Shown piece by piece: positions 63,905 through 64,000 of a stretch of DNA of 64,000 nt. This DNA comes from Paraspadella gotoi (taxonomy: Eukaryota > Animalia > Chaetognatha). Where the stretch lies: positions 8,187,951-8,251,950 of the forward strand of contig CM119267.1 in the NCBI GenBank assembly GCA_051294375.1, read 5' to 3'. The notes beneath the pieces are model-generated. The model ran no database searches and was not told where the DNA came from. It saw only the letters and a program-made list of their open reading frames with translations. Numbering within the stretch: position 1 is the stretch's first letter; every line of letters starts with the position of its first letter. The position numbers and the translations under genes were made by a program.

Positions 63905-64000
63905 TCATTTCTTCCGTATCCACTTTGCATCTTCAACACATTGCCCCTCCTTCTGCCCATTCCTGGCAAATTGATCTTTCTCGCAACAACGTTGCCCACA
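63905..64000 (-). CDS. ShKT/SXC-like cysteine domain fragment (frameshifted, cut by the window edge)
   Basis: Joining frames gives C.KDQ.CQEWA.EGQCVEDAKWIRKK, matching the ShKT pattern C-D-x4-C-x2-WA-x2-G-x-C-x5-WM-x3-C. Confidence 0.55.
   Translation of the reverse strand, partial: CGQRCCEKDQFARNGQKEGQCVEDAKWIRKK

Overview
Eukaryotic, intron-rich invertebrate-like DNA (AT-rich, many (GA)n/(CT)n microsatellites) from a draft assembly with N-gaps and indel-type errors; all calls are from reading the sequence by eye. (1) + strand 2.7-5.5 kb: 3' exons of a BMP1/Tolloid-type metalloprotease (EGF-CUB-CUB). (2) Penelope-like retroelements (PLEs): a ~3 kb RT+GIY-YIG copy flanked by ~500-bp inverted pLTRs that each carry a minimal hammerhead ribozyme (HHR) core, two older PLE relics, and three more HHR-like cores or part-cores in introns. 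(3) A 14-bp satellite at 15.2-16.5 kb. (4) 18-47 kb holds three overlapping, indel-ridden copies of one ~9-11 kb segment, each breaking at a 25-N gap, most likely an assembly artefact. (5) The main candidate novelty: a very large minus-strand gene running from beyond 64,000 to ~41,040. I reconstruct it from mostly phase-1/phase-1 exons into about 3,300 aa within the window: ShKT-like segment, Thr/Pro mucin modules, a repeated ~40-aa one-exon module ending in a furin-type R-X-K/R-R site, a 4.4-kb Lys/Asn/Asp-rich exon, and two apparently alternative C-terminal transmembrane anchors. The exon joins are inferred, not proven. Introns also hold a Tc1/mariner-type TIR element with a tRNA-derived cassette, a solo-LTR-like insert and Helentron/DINE-like repeats.
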